Below are positions 26,701 to 36,130 of a stretch of DNA of 54,865 nucleotides, in pieces. Source of the DNA: Prochloron sp. SulCav_FS08_3_32_3330 (lineage in GTDB: Bacteria > Cyanobacteriota > Cyanobacteriia > Cyanobacteriales > DYNF01). The first letter of the stretch is position 1, and every line of letters starts with the position of its first letter. The position numbers were made by a program, and so were the translations under genes. The DNA lies in assembly GCA_020721205.1 (NCBI GenBank), contig DYNF01000010.1:1-54865 (forward strand), in the 5' to 3' direction. The notes beneath the pieces were generated by a model that ran no database searches, had not been told where the DNA came from, and was given only the letters and a program-made list of their open reading frames with translations.

Positions 26701-29700
26701 TTGGTAACTCTGGTTATGATACCATCTTAGGTGGCTCTGGTAACGATTATATCGAAGGTAATGGTGAAGATGACAACCTTTACGGAGAATCAGGCTATGA
26801 TACCATTTTAGGTGGTTCTGGTAATGATTACATCGAAGGTAACAGCGAAGATGATCTAATCTATGGTGAATCAGGTTTTGATATCATCAAAGGTGGTACA
26901 GGCTATGACACTATTTATGGTGGTTCAGAAAATGATTATATCGAAGGGAATGAACAGGATGATCGTATTTTTGGTGAAACTGGAAATGATACCATCTTAG
27001 GTGGTAATGATAATGACTACATTGAAGGTAACGATCAAGATGATAAACTTTATGGTAATACCGGAAACGATATTATCTTAGGTGGCAATGATCAAGATTA
27101 CATTGAAGGTAACGAAGGTGATGATCGTCTTTACGGTAACTCTGGTTATGACACCATTTACGGTAACTCAGACAATGATTATATCGAAGGTAACGATCAG
27201 GATGACAAACTTTATGGTAATACCGGAAATGATGTGATCTTAGGTGGCAAAGATCAAGATTACATTGAAGGTAACGAAAATGATGATCGTCTCTTTGGTA
27301 ACAGTGGCAACGATCTCATCTATGGTAACGATGGCAACGATTATATCGAAGGAAATCAAGGTGATGACCTAATTTACGGTGATAATCCCTTTAATCCGGG
27401 TGTTGATACCCCACCAACCGACAATACCAACCATCAAGATACTATCTTTGGTAACGATGGTAATGACCAGATTCACGGTGGAGAAGATAAAGATATCATC
27501 TCAGGTGGTATTGGTAATGACCTCATCTATGGTGACTTCAAAGACGATCTCTTTGCAGGTACAGGAGATGTCATTGACGGTAACGAAGGAGATGACACTA
27601 TCTTTGGTGGTGGTGGCGAAGATACCATACATGGAAACGATGATAACGACACCATCCGAGGTGAAGGCGGGAATGATCTAATCTTTGGTGATGCCGGAGA
27701 TGACTATATTACCGGAGGTGATGGTGATGATACCATTTACGGTGGTACAGGCAATGACCTCATTTTTGGTGATAGCGGTGTTGGTAATGACCTCATTTAC
27801 GGTAATGAAGGTGATGATACTTTACATGGGCGTGTTGGTAACGATCGCATTTACGGCAATGAAGATAATGACTTAATTTTTGGTGAAGAAGGAGAAGACT
27901 ATATCGAAGGTAACACAGGTAATGATACTATTTCCGGTGGTGATGGTAACGATCACATCTTAGGAAATGAAGGTACAGACCTCATTCACGGTGATGCCGG
28001 AGATGATAATATTACTGGTAATGAAGAAAATGATACCATTTTTGGTGATACTGGTAATGACTACATTGAAGGTAACGATGGTAATGACCTAATCTCAGGC
28101 GGTGCTGATAATGATACCATTTCGGGTAATATCGGTGATGACTTCATTTATGGTGATAGCGGACAAGACACTATTCACGGTAACGAAGGCAATGACCTGA
28201 TCAGTGGTGGTACAGACAACGATATTATTTATGGTGATACCGGAAGCGATCGCATTCAAGGAGATGACGGCGATGATAATATCTATGGTGGTGCTGATAA
28301 TGATATTATTTCGGGTAACAACGGTGCTGATAATATCTATGGTGAAACCGGAAACGACCTAATACATGGAAACGATGGTGATGACTACCTCAGTGGTGGT
28401 GATGGTACTGATCTCATCTATGGTGACAATGGTAACGATAACATGGACGGTGATCTAGGGGAAGATCAACTCTTTGGTGGTGAAGGTAACGATACCATGC
28501 GTGGTGGTGATGATAACGACTCCCTCTATGGCGAAAATGGTGCTGATATTATGGAAGGTAATAACGGTAATGATAGCCTCGCTGGTGGAGCAGGTAACGA
28601 TATCATGAGTGGCGGTACCGGAGATGACTTTATCAATGGTCAAACTGGTAACGATATCATGTATGGTGATGATGGTAACGATACCATGTATGGAGAAGAA
28701 GGTGATGACAAGCTCTATGCAGGAAATGGAGATGATTACCTCGTAGGAGGTGCAGGTGGTGACTTATTAGATGGTGGTGCAGGTAAAGACTTAATTTCTT
28801 ACTACACATCCAAGGGCGGTGTTACTGTACAATTAAGCTCTGGTCATAATAAAGGTGGCGACGCTCAAGGTGATAATATTACAGGAGTAGAAAACCTTGA
28901 AGGTTCATATTATGATGACTGGCTCATTGGAGATAATGGCAAAAACACCATTATCGGACTTTCCGGTAACGATCGCCTTGATGGAAAAGCAGGTCATGAT
29001 ACCCTATTCGGAGGCTTAGGTAACGACTCTTTAGAAGGTCGTCAAGGAAATGATATCTTAATGGGTGATCAAGGTAATGATTATCTCGACGGTGGCTCAG
29101 GTAATGACTGGCTTTCCGGCGGTTTAGGAGATGATCAACTTTACGGAGGGCGATCGGGTGATGATATCCTTTCTGGTGGCGATGGTAACGACTACATAGA
29201 CGCTAGTTCAGGTGTAGACCTCATTTTCGGTGGTAATGGTAATGATACCATTGATGCAGGTTCTCATAACGATACCGTTTATGGTGGAGCAGGAAACGAT
29301 ATTATTGACGGTGGTACGGGTAGTGATATCCTTTTTGGTAACGAAGGCAATGACACTATTTATGGAGGAATGGATGATAACCTCTTATATGGTGGTCAAG
29401 GTGACGATTTACTCTATGGTGGCACAGGTAAAAGTGTTGATACCTTTGCGATCGCCCTAGCGGAAGGGATTGATACTCTCTTTAACTTCCAAGTGGGTAC
29501 GGATCGGATCGGATTAGTAGGTGATTTTACTGCTAATGATATTCTGATTAACTCAGGTCAAGGAAAGAATAAAGACGTTACCCTCACCTATAAATCTACG
29601 GGAAATACCCTCGCTATTTTGAAAGATGTGCAACTCAATAAAAATCAAACTCTGAATTTTATTGCCCTCAGTTTACCTACGATAGCAGTGGATCCTCTTG

Positions 29701-29822
29701 GTAGTGTAACTCAACCTGTACCTCCTCCAGTTTTAGGTGGTAGTGATATTTTTCCGGGTATAGTTGAACCAGCAAAACCGATTGATTCTATTCCTAGTTT
29801 TAATGAGGTAACTCTTGTTTAA
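23757..29822 (+). CDS. Giant RTX-type calcium-binding beta-roll protein (hemolysin-type nonapeptide repeats); probable type I secreted surface/S-layer or adhesin-like protein
   Basis: 2021 aa. About 650-aa non-repeat N-terminal region, then more than 100 GGxGxDxUx nonapeptides (GNDGNDYIEGNDQDDRLFGNTGNDVISGG...). DNA units at 26560-27360 are nearly identical 57-nt repeats. C-terminal about 130 aa is non-repeat (possible T1SS signal). No T1SS ABC/MFP genes are in the window. Confidence 0.8.
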   Translation: MSTSTILDPILENPIEDLSDPILENVISYTSDPILEEALQDVSATLAEFVYSEDFLPTIETVFGNNYDTATLENIRQQWANGDFSNLPQIEILSGSQLQGANAAYAGKTNTIYFSSDFLSQYGDNSQALKSVLIEEIGHYVDYQINTVDTVGDEGEYFSNLVRGIKLSESQVQSLKQEDDSNVISVNNQDIMVEQFLPTGTYTDGLDGGRYVFQAETADYIEKFFGIQINNSYQYDSGDSLILRTQYSGDEKTFFEGGGLTAGISYNGGSFGAGFKAYAGINLGEIDFDLPLQALLTASNSGKTLNFDFTTIFDAKLDYTIPSAYAVLDSIFEYNIGSLDIFASAAGESIERTIFNGVSDTWTHRMVNINTLNDPIVQINLLPGQVNFLSSSLSINSVSLLGGLATFKASILPNFNFSMENSSTEDQFSIKISNQRPPDPEDITPGDPNPDPALPDELARITLNFDKLLDLGLTAFAGFPYLSEDVTVGPFSAGYRLLPIELTGIASAIYELEVGIRNTEPKIIEGEFLDIATSYTELDELLAKDTDNDSKIDVTFELNPDIFLKPNLALDWQTEFNVDIGRLTAKVDFNKLPFPLNSIPFLNNISGSVNLIDLPEIVIDGLSFRIDILDKLGIPKSDLSISFNDLYAMFNNGQKPDFNKVSVEIPFNAIYPNIGTAQDDVMSLPEYFGAENLYGEAGNDILYGNSSANRIMGAEDNDTIYGRAGNDQLYGEWGNDLLLGEQGSDYINGGTGIDTVSYSNSANGVIVNINQSLNYGNQKLTTFDLEPNFFIGAGQALDGFGNVDSLANLENIIGSAYNDILIGNALNNIIEAGSGNDILISSAGSDQLLGNSGIDTASFRRDPNGVYVSLQDNIAIDGFGYIDNLSSIENVVGSNFDDEIWGNNGINVILGGAGSDLVYALDGDDLVYGESENDTILGGSGNDYIEGNDQDDRLFGNTGNDVISGGNDQDYIEGNEGDDRLFGNSGYDTILGGSGNDYIEGNGEDDNLYGESGYDTILGGSGNDYIEGNSEDDLIYGESGFDIIKGGTGYDTIYGGSENDYIEGNEQDDRIFGETGNDTILGGNDNDYIEGNDQDDKLYGNTGNDIILGGNDQDYIEGNEGDDRLYGNSGYDTIYGNSDNDYIEGNDQDDKLYGNTGNDVILGGKDQDYIEGNENDDRLFGNSGNDLIYGNDGNDYIEGNQGDDLIYGDNPFNPGVDTPPTDNTNHQDTIFGNDGNDQIHGGEDKDIISGGIGNDLIYGDFKDDLFAGTGDVIDGNEGDDTIFGGGGEDTIHGNDDNDTIRGEGGNDLIFGDAGDDYITGGDGDDTIYGGTGNDLIFGDSGVGNDLIYGNEGDDTLHGRVGNDRIYGNEDNDLIFGEEGEDYIEGNTGNDTISGGDGNDHILGNEGTDLIHGDAGDDNITGNEENDTIFGDTGNDYIEGNDGNDLISGGADNDTISGNIGDDFIYGDSGQDTIHGNEGNDLISGGTDNDIIYGDTGSDRIQGDDGDDNIYGGADNDIISGNNGADNIYGETGNDLIHGNDGDDYLSGGDGTDLIYGDNGNDNMDGDLGEDQLFGGEGNDTMRGGDDNDSLYGENGADIMEGNNGNDSLAGGAGNDIMSGGTGDDFINGQTGNDIMYGDDGNDTMYGEEGDDKLYAGNGDDYLVGGAGGDLLDGGAGKDLISYYTSKGGVTVQLSSGHNKGGDAQGDNITGVENLEGSYYDDWLIGDNGKNTIIGLSGNDRLDGKAGHDTLFGGLGNDSLEGRQGNDILMGDQGNDYLDGGSGNDWLSGGLGDDQLYGGRSGDDILSGGDGNDYIDASSGVDLIFGGNGNDTIDAGSHNDTVYGGAGNDIIDGGTGSDILFGNEGNDTIYGGMDDNLLYGGQGDDLLYGGTGKSVDTFAIALAEGIDTLFNFQVGTDRIGLVGDFTANDILINSGQGKNKDVTLTYKSTGNTLAILKDVQLNKNQTLNFIALSLPTIAVDPLGSVTQPVPPPVLGGSDIFPGIVEPAKPIDSIPSFNEVTLV

Positions 29823-29850
29823 AAAGGGAGTTTTTATAAGCTAAATTTAA

Positions 29851-29890
29851 AGAGATATCATTTGTTAAAATAAATGGTATCTCTTTTTTT
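29851..29890 (+). terminator. Rho-independent terminator after the RTX gene
   Basis: agagatatcatttgttaaaataaatggtatctct followed by ttttttt. Confidence 0.5.
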
Positions 29891-29943
29891 GATCATGCTT
29901 ATTTTTATGGTAAAATTAAAGCTTAATTATTAAGATTCTAATT

Positions 29944-30549
29944 ATGGAAAATATTATTTTAAATCGTACTGCTTCCGTTAAACGTACTACTAAAGAAACC
30001 GATATTCAAGTTTCTCTTAATTTAGATGGTACGGGAAAATGTAATGTTAATACGGGTGTTCCTTTTCTGGATCACATGATTAATCAAATTTCTTCTCATG
30101 GTTTAATTGATTTAGATATTCAGGCAATCGGTGATATTCATATTGACGATCATCACACTAATGAAGATGTGGGTATTACCCTCGGTCAAGCTTTGGCTAA
30201 GGCGATCGGCGATCGCCAGGGAATTGTGAGGTTTGGTCATTTTATTGCTCCCTTAGATGAGGCTTTAATTCAAGTAGCTCTTGATTTTTCCGGTCGTCCT
30301 CATTTAAGTTATAATTTGGACATTCCAACGGAAAAAGTAGGTAAATATGATACTCAATTAGTTAAAGAATTTTTTGTAGCAATTGTTAATCATAGTCAAA
30401 TTACTTTACATATTAGACAATTAGACGGGATAAACTCTCATCATATTATAGAAGCAACTTTTAAGGCTTTTGCGCGCGCCTTACGCATGGCTTTAGAAAT
30501 TGATCCTCGTCGTGCCTCAGAAATTCCTAGTTCAAAAGGAGTATTATAA
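29944..30549 (+). CDS. hisB: Imidazoleglycerol-phosphate dehydratase
   Basis: 201 aa with [20 protein letters not shown] and [15 protein letters not shown] motifs of IGPD. Confidence 0.9.
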   Translation: MENIILNRTASVKRTTKETDIQVSLNLDGTGKCNVNTGVPFLDHMINQISSHGLIDLDIQAIGDIHIDDHHTNEDVGITLGQALAKAIGDRQGIVRFGHFIAPLDEALIQVALDFSGRPHLSYNLDIPTEKVGKYDTQLVKEFFVAIVNHSQITLHIRQLDGINSHHIIEATFKAFARALRMALEIDPRRASEIPSSKGVL

Positions 30550-30574
30550 CTATTATTGATCTATTTTCATTTCA

Positions 30575-30736
30575 GAAGGCAACAGGTTTTAATCTGCAAC
30601 AGGTTGAAACCTGTTGCTACATAAACAAAATCTGCATACGCAGATTAAATTTTTTGAATATTCGTTAATTTTTAATCATAAAACCCTCGCAGGAGGGTTT
30701 TGTTTGGGTAGCATCGGGTTTTCAACCCGATGGAAA
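30575..30736. repeat. Hairpin repeat element (same family as 21-283 and 6915-7470) immediately downstream of hisB
   Basis: ggcaacaggttttaatctgcaacaggttgaaacctgttgctacataaacaaaatctgcatacgcagattaaattttttgaatattcgttaatttttaatcataaaaccctcgcaggagggttttgtttgggtagcatcgggttttcaacccgatgg. Stems differ from the other copies by compensatory changes (cctgc/gcagg to tctgc/gcaga; caacggg/cccgttg to catcggg/cccgatg). Confidence 0.7.
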
Positions 30737-30835
30737 CTTGGTCAAGTTCTTGACATAGTGTAAAAAAAACACTACACTAATAATTAAGATAATAAAATTT
30801 TCAAGGTTAAATTTTGACTTAATTAAGAGGTTATT

Positions 30836-31885
30836 ATGATCGCTACAACTCAAAAACAATTACCCATTCCGGCTTTTTTTGATCCTCGTAAAGTTCAAGA
30901 AGTCTGGCGAGTTCCCTACCAACAACGGGCGCAAGATGCTCAAAATTGGGCTAAACAATATAAAATTAAACCCGCCGCTAGTGATAAAACTCGCATTTGT
31001 TTAATGATTATTGATGTACAAAATACTTTTTGTATTCCTGATTTTGAGTTGTTTGTCGGAGGACGCTCAGGTATGGGGGCAATAGATGATAATATTCGTT
31101 TATGTGAGTTTATTTATCATAATTTAAGTGTAATTACGGAAATTGCTCCCACAATGGACACTCACACTACGATGCAAATTTTCCATCCTTTATTTTGGGT
31201 AAATGAGGCGGGAGAAAATCCTCAACCCCATACCATGATTAGTTTAGAGGATATTCAAAAAGGAATCTGGAAAGTTAATCCTGCGATCGCCTATAGTGTG
31301 GCAAAAGGTAATTATATTGGTTTACAACAACACGCCTTACATTATACCAAAAAACTGAGTGATAACGGTAAATATTTATTAACTATTTGGCCCTATCATG
31401 CTATGTTAGGAGGGATTGGACACAGTTTAGTTTCAGCCGTTGAGGAGGCTACTTTTATTCACAATGTGGCACGTCGTAGTCAAACTAATTTTGAAATAAA
31501 AGGGGGAAATCCTCTCACGGAAAATTATTCAGTTTTGCGTCCAGAAGTGTTAGAAGGGGCAAGTGGGCATCCGATCGCTCAGAAAAATACTCGTTTTATT
31601 CAACGATTATTAGAATTTGATGGCGTAATTATTGCTGGACAAGCGAAAAGTCATTGTGTAGCATGGACTATTGATGATTTACTCACGGAAATTATGGCGG
31701 TGGATCCGGCTTTAGCTCAGAAAGTTTATTTATTAGAGGATTGTACTTCCCCCGTCGTTGTCCCCGGAATTATTGATTTTACCGATCAGGCAAATGAGAG
31801 TTTTCAGCGTTTTGCTGGGGCGGGTATGCACCTTGTGAAATCTACAACGGCGATCGCTGATTTTCCAGATTTAGACCTAAAATAA
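30836..31885 (+). CDS. Isochorismatase-family cysteine hydrolase (nicotinamidase-like) with a large internal insertion
   Basis: 349 aa. Signature is [13 protein letters not shown] (IDxQNDF-like Asp) and the catalytic Cys context is [19 protein letters not shown]. About 130 extra residues between the signature regions relative to about 200-aa family members. Confidence 0.5.
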   Translation: MIATTQKQLPIPAFFDPRKVQEVWRVPYQQRAQDAQNWAKQYKIKPAASDKTRICLMIIDVQNTFCIPDFELFVGGRSGMGAIDDNIRLCEFIYHNLSVITEIAPTMDTHTTMQIFHPLFWVNEAGENPQPHTMISLEDIQKGIWKVNPAIAYSVAKGNYIGLQQHALHYTKKLSDNGKYLLTIWPYHAMLGGIGHSLVSAVEEATFIHNVARRSQTNFEIKGGNPLTENYSVLRPEVLEGASGHPIAQKNTRFIQRLLEFDGVIIAGQAKSHCVAWTIDDLLTEIMAVDPALAQKVYLLEDCTSPVVVPGIIDFTDQANESFQRFAGAGMHLVKSTTAIADFPDLDLK

Positions 31886-32138
31886 CATTTTTTGGTTCGT
31901 TGTTGTGCTTTAGCACCACTTATTTTCGCGCTGAAGCGCAACAACAAACCTTTTTTGGTTCGTTGTTGTGCTTTAGCACCACTTAAAGCGCTCAAGCACA
32001 ACAACAAACCTATTTTCGCGCTAAAGCGCAACAACAAACATTTTTTGGTTCGTTGTTGTGCTTTAGCACCACTTAAAGCGCTCAAGCACAACAACAAACC
32101 TATTTTCGCGCTGAAGCGCAACAACAAACCTTTAAAAT
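31886..32138. repeat. Tandem array (about 5 units) of the palindromic GTTGTTGTGCTTTAGCAC repeat family
   Basis: ttttttggttcgttgttgtgctttagcaccacttaaagcgctcaagcacaacaacaaacc tattttcgcgctgaagcgcaacaacaaacc ... Full palindromes and half-sites alternate. Track ORFs 31804-32127(-) and 31892-32230(+) are artefacts of this array. Confidence 0.8.
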
Positions 32139-33242
32139 TTATCCTAATCCGGCAACGACAGGATGAAAGAAAAATGCTAATCCTAAAACGGCATAAGTCG
32201 CTAAAAGTAAACTCCCTTCTAGCCAGTTAGACTTGCCATCAGCATTAATCGAGTTAACGATTAAGACAGCTACAGCTACAGCTACTAACTCAAAAGGATT
32301 AAAATCTAAATCCATCGGTTGACCAATGATCCACCCTGCAATCACTAACACCGGGGCGACAAATAACGCAATTTGCATACTTGATCCTACCGCAACGGAG
32401 ATAGATAAATCCATTTTATTTTTCATTGCCACCGTTACCGCCGTAGCGTGTTCCGCCGCATTACCGATAATTGGCAATAAAATAACCCCTGTAAACAGAG
32501 CGGGTAAACCTAGTTGAGAGGTAGCAGACTCTAAAGATTCTACTAATAACTCCGATTCTACCGCTACAGCTAAAGTCACCGCCAAAAGTACCCCTACCCA
32601 TAATTTAATATTGACTTGAGCAGGATCCACTTTTTCCCCTTCTTCTTCTTCTAAATCAGCCATTCCCACATCATACATATAGGAATGGGTTTTCATCGAA
32701 AAAAGTAAAGTTAAACCATAGACAATAATTAAAATCACTGCCACAGCCACACTTAAATTTTGTAAAGTAGAACTTTCAATCCCCGTAGAGGTATATTGTA
32801 CCGCCGTTGGCACAAGTAAAGCGATCACCGCTAAATTCATTAAACTAGAGTTAGTGGAAGCCACATCAGTTTTAAATACCTGCTCTTTATAGCGTAGTCC
32901 TCCTAACAACATGGCAAAACCCATAACTAGCAATAAATTACTAATAATAGAGCCTGTAATAGTAGCTTTGACCACTTCCACTAAACCAGATTTAAGGGCA
33001 ATAAAAGCTAAAATTAACTCCGTAGCATTACCAAAAGTAGCGTTAAGTAAACCGCCTAAGTTTGGTCCCACTACTACCGCTATTTCTTCCGTAGCTTCCC
33101 CCATAAAAGCGGCAAGAGGTACAATACCTAAACCTGCGGTAATAAAGATGAAAGAAGAATCCCAATCTAAAAAATGTGCGGTGATAGACACTGGCACAAA
33201 TAACAACAGGATCAAAAAAAGAGTTTTTTTGTTGAATTTCAT
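32139..33242 (-). CDS. Ca2+/H+ antiporter (CaCA/CAX family)
   Basis: 367 aa with about 11 TM. Two alpha-repeat signature motifs GNATE (ATFGNATELILAF) and GNAAE (IGNAAEHATAVTVA). Central acidic loop is DLEEEEGE. Confidence 0.85.
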   Translation of the reverse strand: MKFNKKTLFLILLLFVPVSITAHFLDWDSSFIFITAGLGIVPLAAFMGEATEEIAVVVGPNLGGLLNATFGNATELILAFIALKSGLVEVVKATITGSIISNLLLVMGFAMLLGGLRYKEQVFKTDVASTNSSLMNLAVIALLVPTAVQYTSTGIESSTLQNLSVAVAVILIIVYGLTLLFSMKTHSYMYDVGMADLEEEEGEKVDPAQVNIKLWVGVLLAVTLAVAVESELLVESLESATSQLGLPALFTGVILLPIIGNAAEHATAVTVAMKNKMDLSISVAVGSSMQIALFVAPVLVIAGWIIGQPMDLDFNPFELVAVAVAVLIVNSINADGKSNWLEGSLLLATYAVLGLAFFFHPVVAGLG

Positions 33243-33718
33243 AAAGAATTTCTTAGTTTTAAGATCTGAAATATTGCCTTAATCTTAGGTGATTTTCGAG
33301 ACACAAGTATCGGTTTCTTGAAAAATTCTCCCATCTGATCAGGGATTTACAAGAAGATCCAGGGAGATTTTTTTCCCTGTAAATGTCCTCGCACCAAAAA
33401 AAAACGATTATTTCTGATCAAGATGTAAAGCTTGTTATCAGAGCAGTTGAAAGGGAAAAAATTGTTAAATTGAGAGTATTTTTTAAGACAAGAGGAAGGG
33501 AAAAATTTTAAAATTTTCCCCAAATTCTCATTTATTCGTTATAATTAAGAGCAATAAGTTCTACAATATCATTTTTCTCATCTTTGTTAAGGCACATATA
33601 ACAACTGATTTGTCTTATATTTTGCCAAAATGTGAACTTTTTTTGCTCCTCCCAAGATTAGATGAGAAGACTATTTTAATCAAATTTTAATAATCAACTT
33701 TAAAACCAAATATAAATT

Positions 33719-35854
33719 ATGAATATTAAACAAAAATACATCTTACTGATCAGTATTCATGGTTTAATTCGAGGTCAAAAACTAGAATTAGGTCGAGATG
33801 CCGATACAGGCGGTCAAACTAAATACGTTTTAGAGTTAGCTCAATCCCTCTCAAAACGTCCTGAAGTGGCAAGGGTTGATCTGATGACTAAATTAATTAT
33901 AGACCCCCAAGTTAGTGAGGATTATAGCAAAACCCATGAAAAGCTAAATAAAAAAGCGAATATTATTCGTGTTTCTTGCGGTATTGATGACTATATACCT
34001 AAAGAAGAATTATGGAATTATTTAGATAATTTTGCTGATAATGCTCTTAATTATCTAAAACTTCAGAAAAAAATGCCCGATGTAATTCATACCCATTATG
34101 CCGATGCAGGATATGTAGGAACGAGGTTATCTCATCAGTTAGAAATCCCTTTAATCCATACAGGACACTCTTTAGGGCGTAGTAAACGCAAAAGACTTTT
34201 GGCAAGTGGAGTCAAAAGGGAACTAATCGAAAAACGCTATAACATGACTCGTCGCATTAATGCGGAAGAAGATACCCTCAGTTCAGCCGAAAGGGTTATT
34301 ACTAGCACTAATCAGGAAATAAATGAGCAATATGCTCAATATGATTATTATGACCCTCAGCAAATGCAAGTAATTCCTCCCGGCACTGATGTGGAAAAAT
34401 TCTATCCTCCCGAAGGAAATGAATGGGAAAGTAATGCGTTTAAAATCATTGCTAAGTTTTTAAAAAAGCCAAAAAAACCGATGATTTTAGCGATTTCCCG
34501 TTTAGATCAAAGGAAGAATATTGAGATGTTAATTGAGGCTTTTGGTCAATCTTCACAGTTACAGGAAAAGGCAAATTTAGTTATTTTTGCCGGAACAAGA
34601 AATGACGCAAGGGATTTAGAAAATAGCGCTCAAGACATATTTAAGGATTTATTATTGGCGATTGATCGTTATGATTTATATGGCAAAGTTGCCTATCCGA
34701 AAATGATTGGGTCTGAAAGTATTGGCGTTGTGTATCGTTTGGGGGCGATATCGAGGGGGGTATTCGTGAATCCGGCTTTAACAGAGCCTTTTGGCTTAAC
34801 TTTGATTGAAGCGGCGGCTAGTGGTTTACCCATTGTCTCGACGAAAGATGGTGGTCCTGTAGATATCATTAAAAACTGTCAAAATGGTTATTTAATTGAT
34901 CCCCTTGACCCTCAAGATATTGCTGATCAGATTTTAAAAGTTTTAACAGACTCTGAAATATGGCAGATGTTAGCTCAGAATGGAATCAAGAAAGTTAAAG
35001 AGTTTTATACTTGGGATTCCCATGTAGACAGTTATATGGAGATGTTAGAACCGATCATTGATCAGGCTCAAAGGTTGCCCCGCATGGCTTTAAAACGTCG
35101 TTCTATGATGTATCATCGTGGAGCAATTGTTTCTAGTATTGATCAAAATTTACTCGGTGATTCTGAATCATTACAAGAATTAATGAGTATTTTAACGGAA
35201 AAACGGAATAATATTAGTTTTTGTATTGCGACGGGAAGACGTTTAGATGGGGCTTTAAAGATATTACGTCAATATAATATCCCCCAACCTGATACTCTGA
35301 TTACCAGTATGGGAACGGAAATTTATTATGCACCCGATCTAACTAAAGATGAGGCTTGGACGAACCATATTAATTATTTATGGAATCGGCAAAGAGTGGC
35401 TTCTTTATTAATAGAATTACCCGGACTAAAATTACAACCAAAAGATAAACAAAGTCTCTATAAAATCAGTTATTTTTATGATCCAATGATCGCTCCCACT
35501 GTGGAAGAAATTAAACGGATTTTGCATCAAAATGAACAAACTGTTAATGTGATCTTTTCCTTTGGTCAATTCTTAGATATTGTCCCCATCAGGGCTTCAA
35601 AAGGTTATGCTGTGCGGTGGTTTGCCCAACAAAGAGATATTCCTTTAGATCATATTCTCACGGCGGGAGGCTCTGGTGGTGATGAGGATATGATGTTAGG
35701 AAATACTTTATCTATCGTGGTGGCAAATCGTCATCAAGAGGAACTTTCTAATATTTCTAAGATTGAGCCGATTTATTTTTCCCAAAAACAATTTGCGGCG
35801 GGGATTATTGACGGGTTTAATCATTATGATTTCTTTAATCTTTGTGGATATTAG
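33719..35854 (+). CDS. sps: Sucrose-phosphate synthase (GT4 glycosyltransferase domain + C-terminal SPP-like HAD domain)
   Basis: 711 aa. N-terminal LISIHGLIRGQKLELGRDADTGGQTKYVLELA is typical of SPS/SuSy. C-terminal about 250 aa is HAD-like. It sits in a sucrose cluster with spp and a fructokinase. Confidence 0.8.
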   Translation: MNIKQKYILLISIHGLIRGQKLELGRDADTGGQTKYVLELAQSLSKRPEVARVDLMTKLIIDPQVSEDYSKTHEKLNKKANIIRVSCGIDDYIPKEELWNYLDNFADNALNYLKLQKKMPDVIHTHYADAGYVGTRLSHQLEIPLIHTGHSLGRSKRKRLLASGVKRELIEKRYNMTRRINAEEDTLSSAERVITSTNQEINEQYAQYDYYDPQQMQVIPPGTDVEKFYPPEGNEWESNAFKIIAKFLKKPKKPMILAISRLDQRKNIEMLIEAFGQSSQLQEKANLVIFAGTRNDARDLENSAQDIFKDLLLAIDRYDLYGKVAYPKMIGSESIGVVYRLGAISRGVFVNPALTEPFGLTLIEAAASGLPIVSTKDGGPVDIIKNCQNGYLIDPLDPQDIADQILKVLTDSEIWQMLAQNGIKKVKEFYTWDSHVDSYMEMLEPIIDQAQRLPRMALKRRSMMYHRGAIVSSIDQNLLGDSESLQELMSILTEKRNNISFCIATGRRLDGALKILRQYNIPQPDTLITSMGTEIYYAPDLTKDEAWTNHINYLWNRQRVASLLIELPGLKLQPKDKQSLYKISYFYDPMIAPTVEEIKRILHQNEQTVNVIFSFGQFLDIVPIRASKGYAVRWFAQQRDIPLDHILTAGGSGGDEDMMLGNTLSIVVANRHQEELSNISKIEPIYFSQKQFAAGIIDGFNHYDFFNLCGY

Positions 35855-35867
35855 TTATTAGTTATCT

Positions 35868-36104
35868 TTCAATCTTTAAGTTTGTTGTTGCGCTTCAGCG
35901 CTCAATCTTTAAGTTTGTTGTTGCGCTTCAGCGCTCAATCTTTAAGTTTGTTGTTGCGCTTCAGCGCTCAAAATTATAGGGCTAAAGCACTCAATCTTTA
36001 AGTTTGTTGTTGCGCTTCAGCGCTCAATATTATAGGGCTTCAGCGCTCAATATTATAGCGCTAAAGCAGTTTTAATTATAGCGCTGAAGCGCAACAACGA
36101 ACCT
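35868..36104. repeat. Tandem array of palindromic-repeat half-sites and full units (GCGCTGAAGCGCAACAAC variant) between sps and spp
   Basis: tcaatctttaagtttgttgttgcgcttcagcgc occurs 3 times at 34-bp period, then variant units, ending agcgctgaagcgcaacaacgaacc. Confidence 0.8.
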
Positions 36105-36130
36105 TTTTTATAATTAAAATATCATCAACA

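Noticed and set aside
25283-29460. Several 60-116-aa ORFs (25283-25633-, 27379-27681+, 27685-27876+, 28455-28643-, 29230-29460+)
   Set aside because: All are out-of-frame or antisense within the RTX gene. Their Ser/Thr/Val/Met-rich composition is typical of alternative frames of GGT/GAT-rich repeats.
31804-32230. Track ORFs 31804-32127(-) and 31892-32230(+) with internally repetitive proteins
   Set aside because: They lie entirely within a tandem palindromic repeat array. The periodic amino-acid sequence merely reflects the DNA repeat, and the two ORFs overlap each other on opposite strands.
32326-33282. ORFs 32326-32517(+) and 32911-33282(+)
   Set aside because: They are antisense to the well-supported Ca2+/H+ antiporter gene, and their Ala/Thr/Pro-rich composition is typical of reverse frames of membrane-protein genes.
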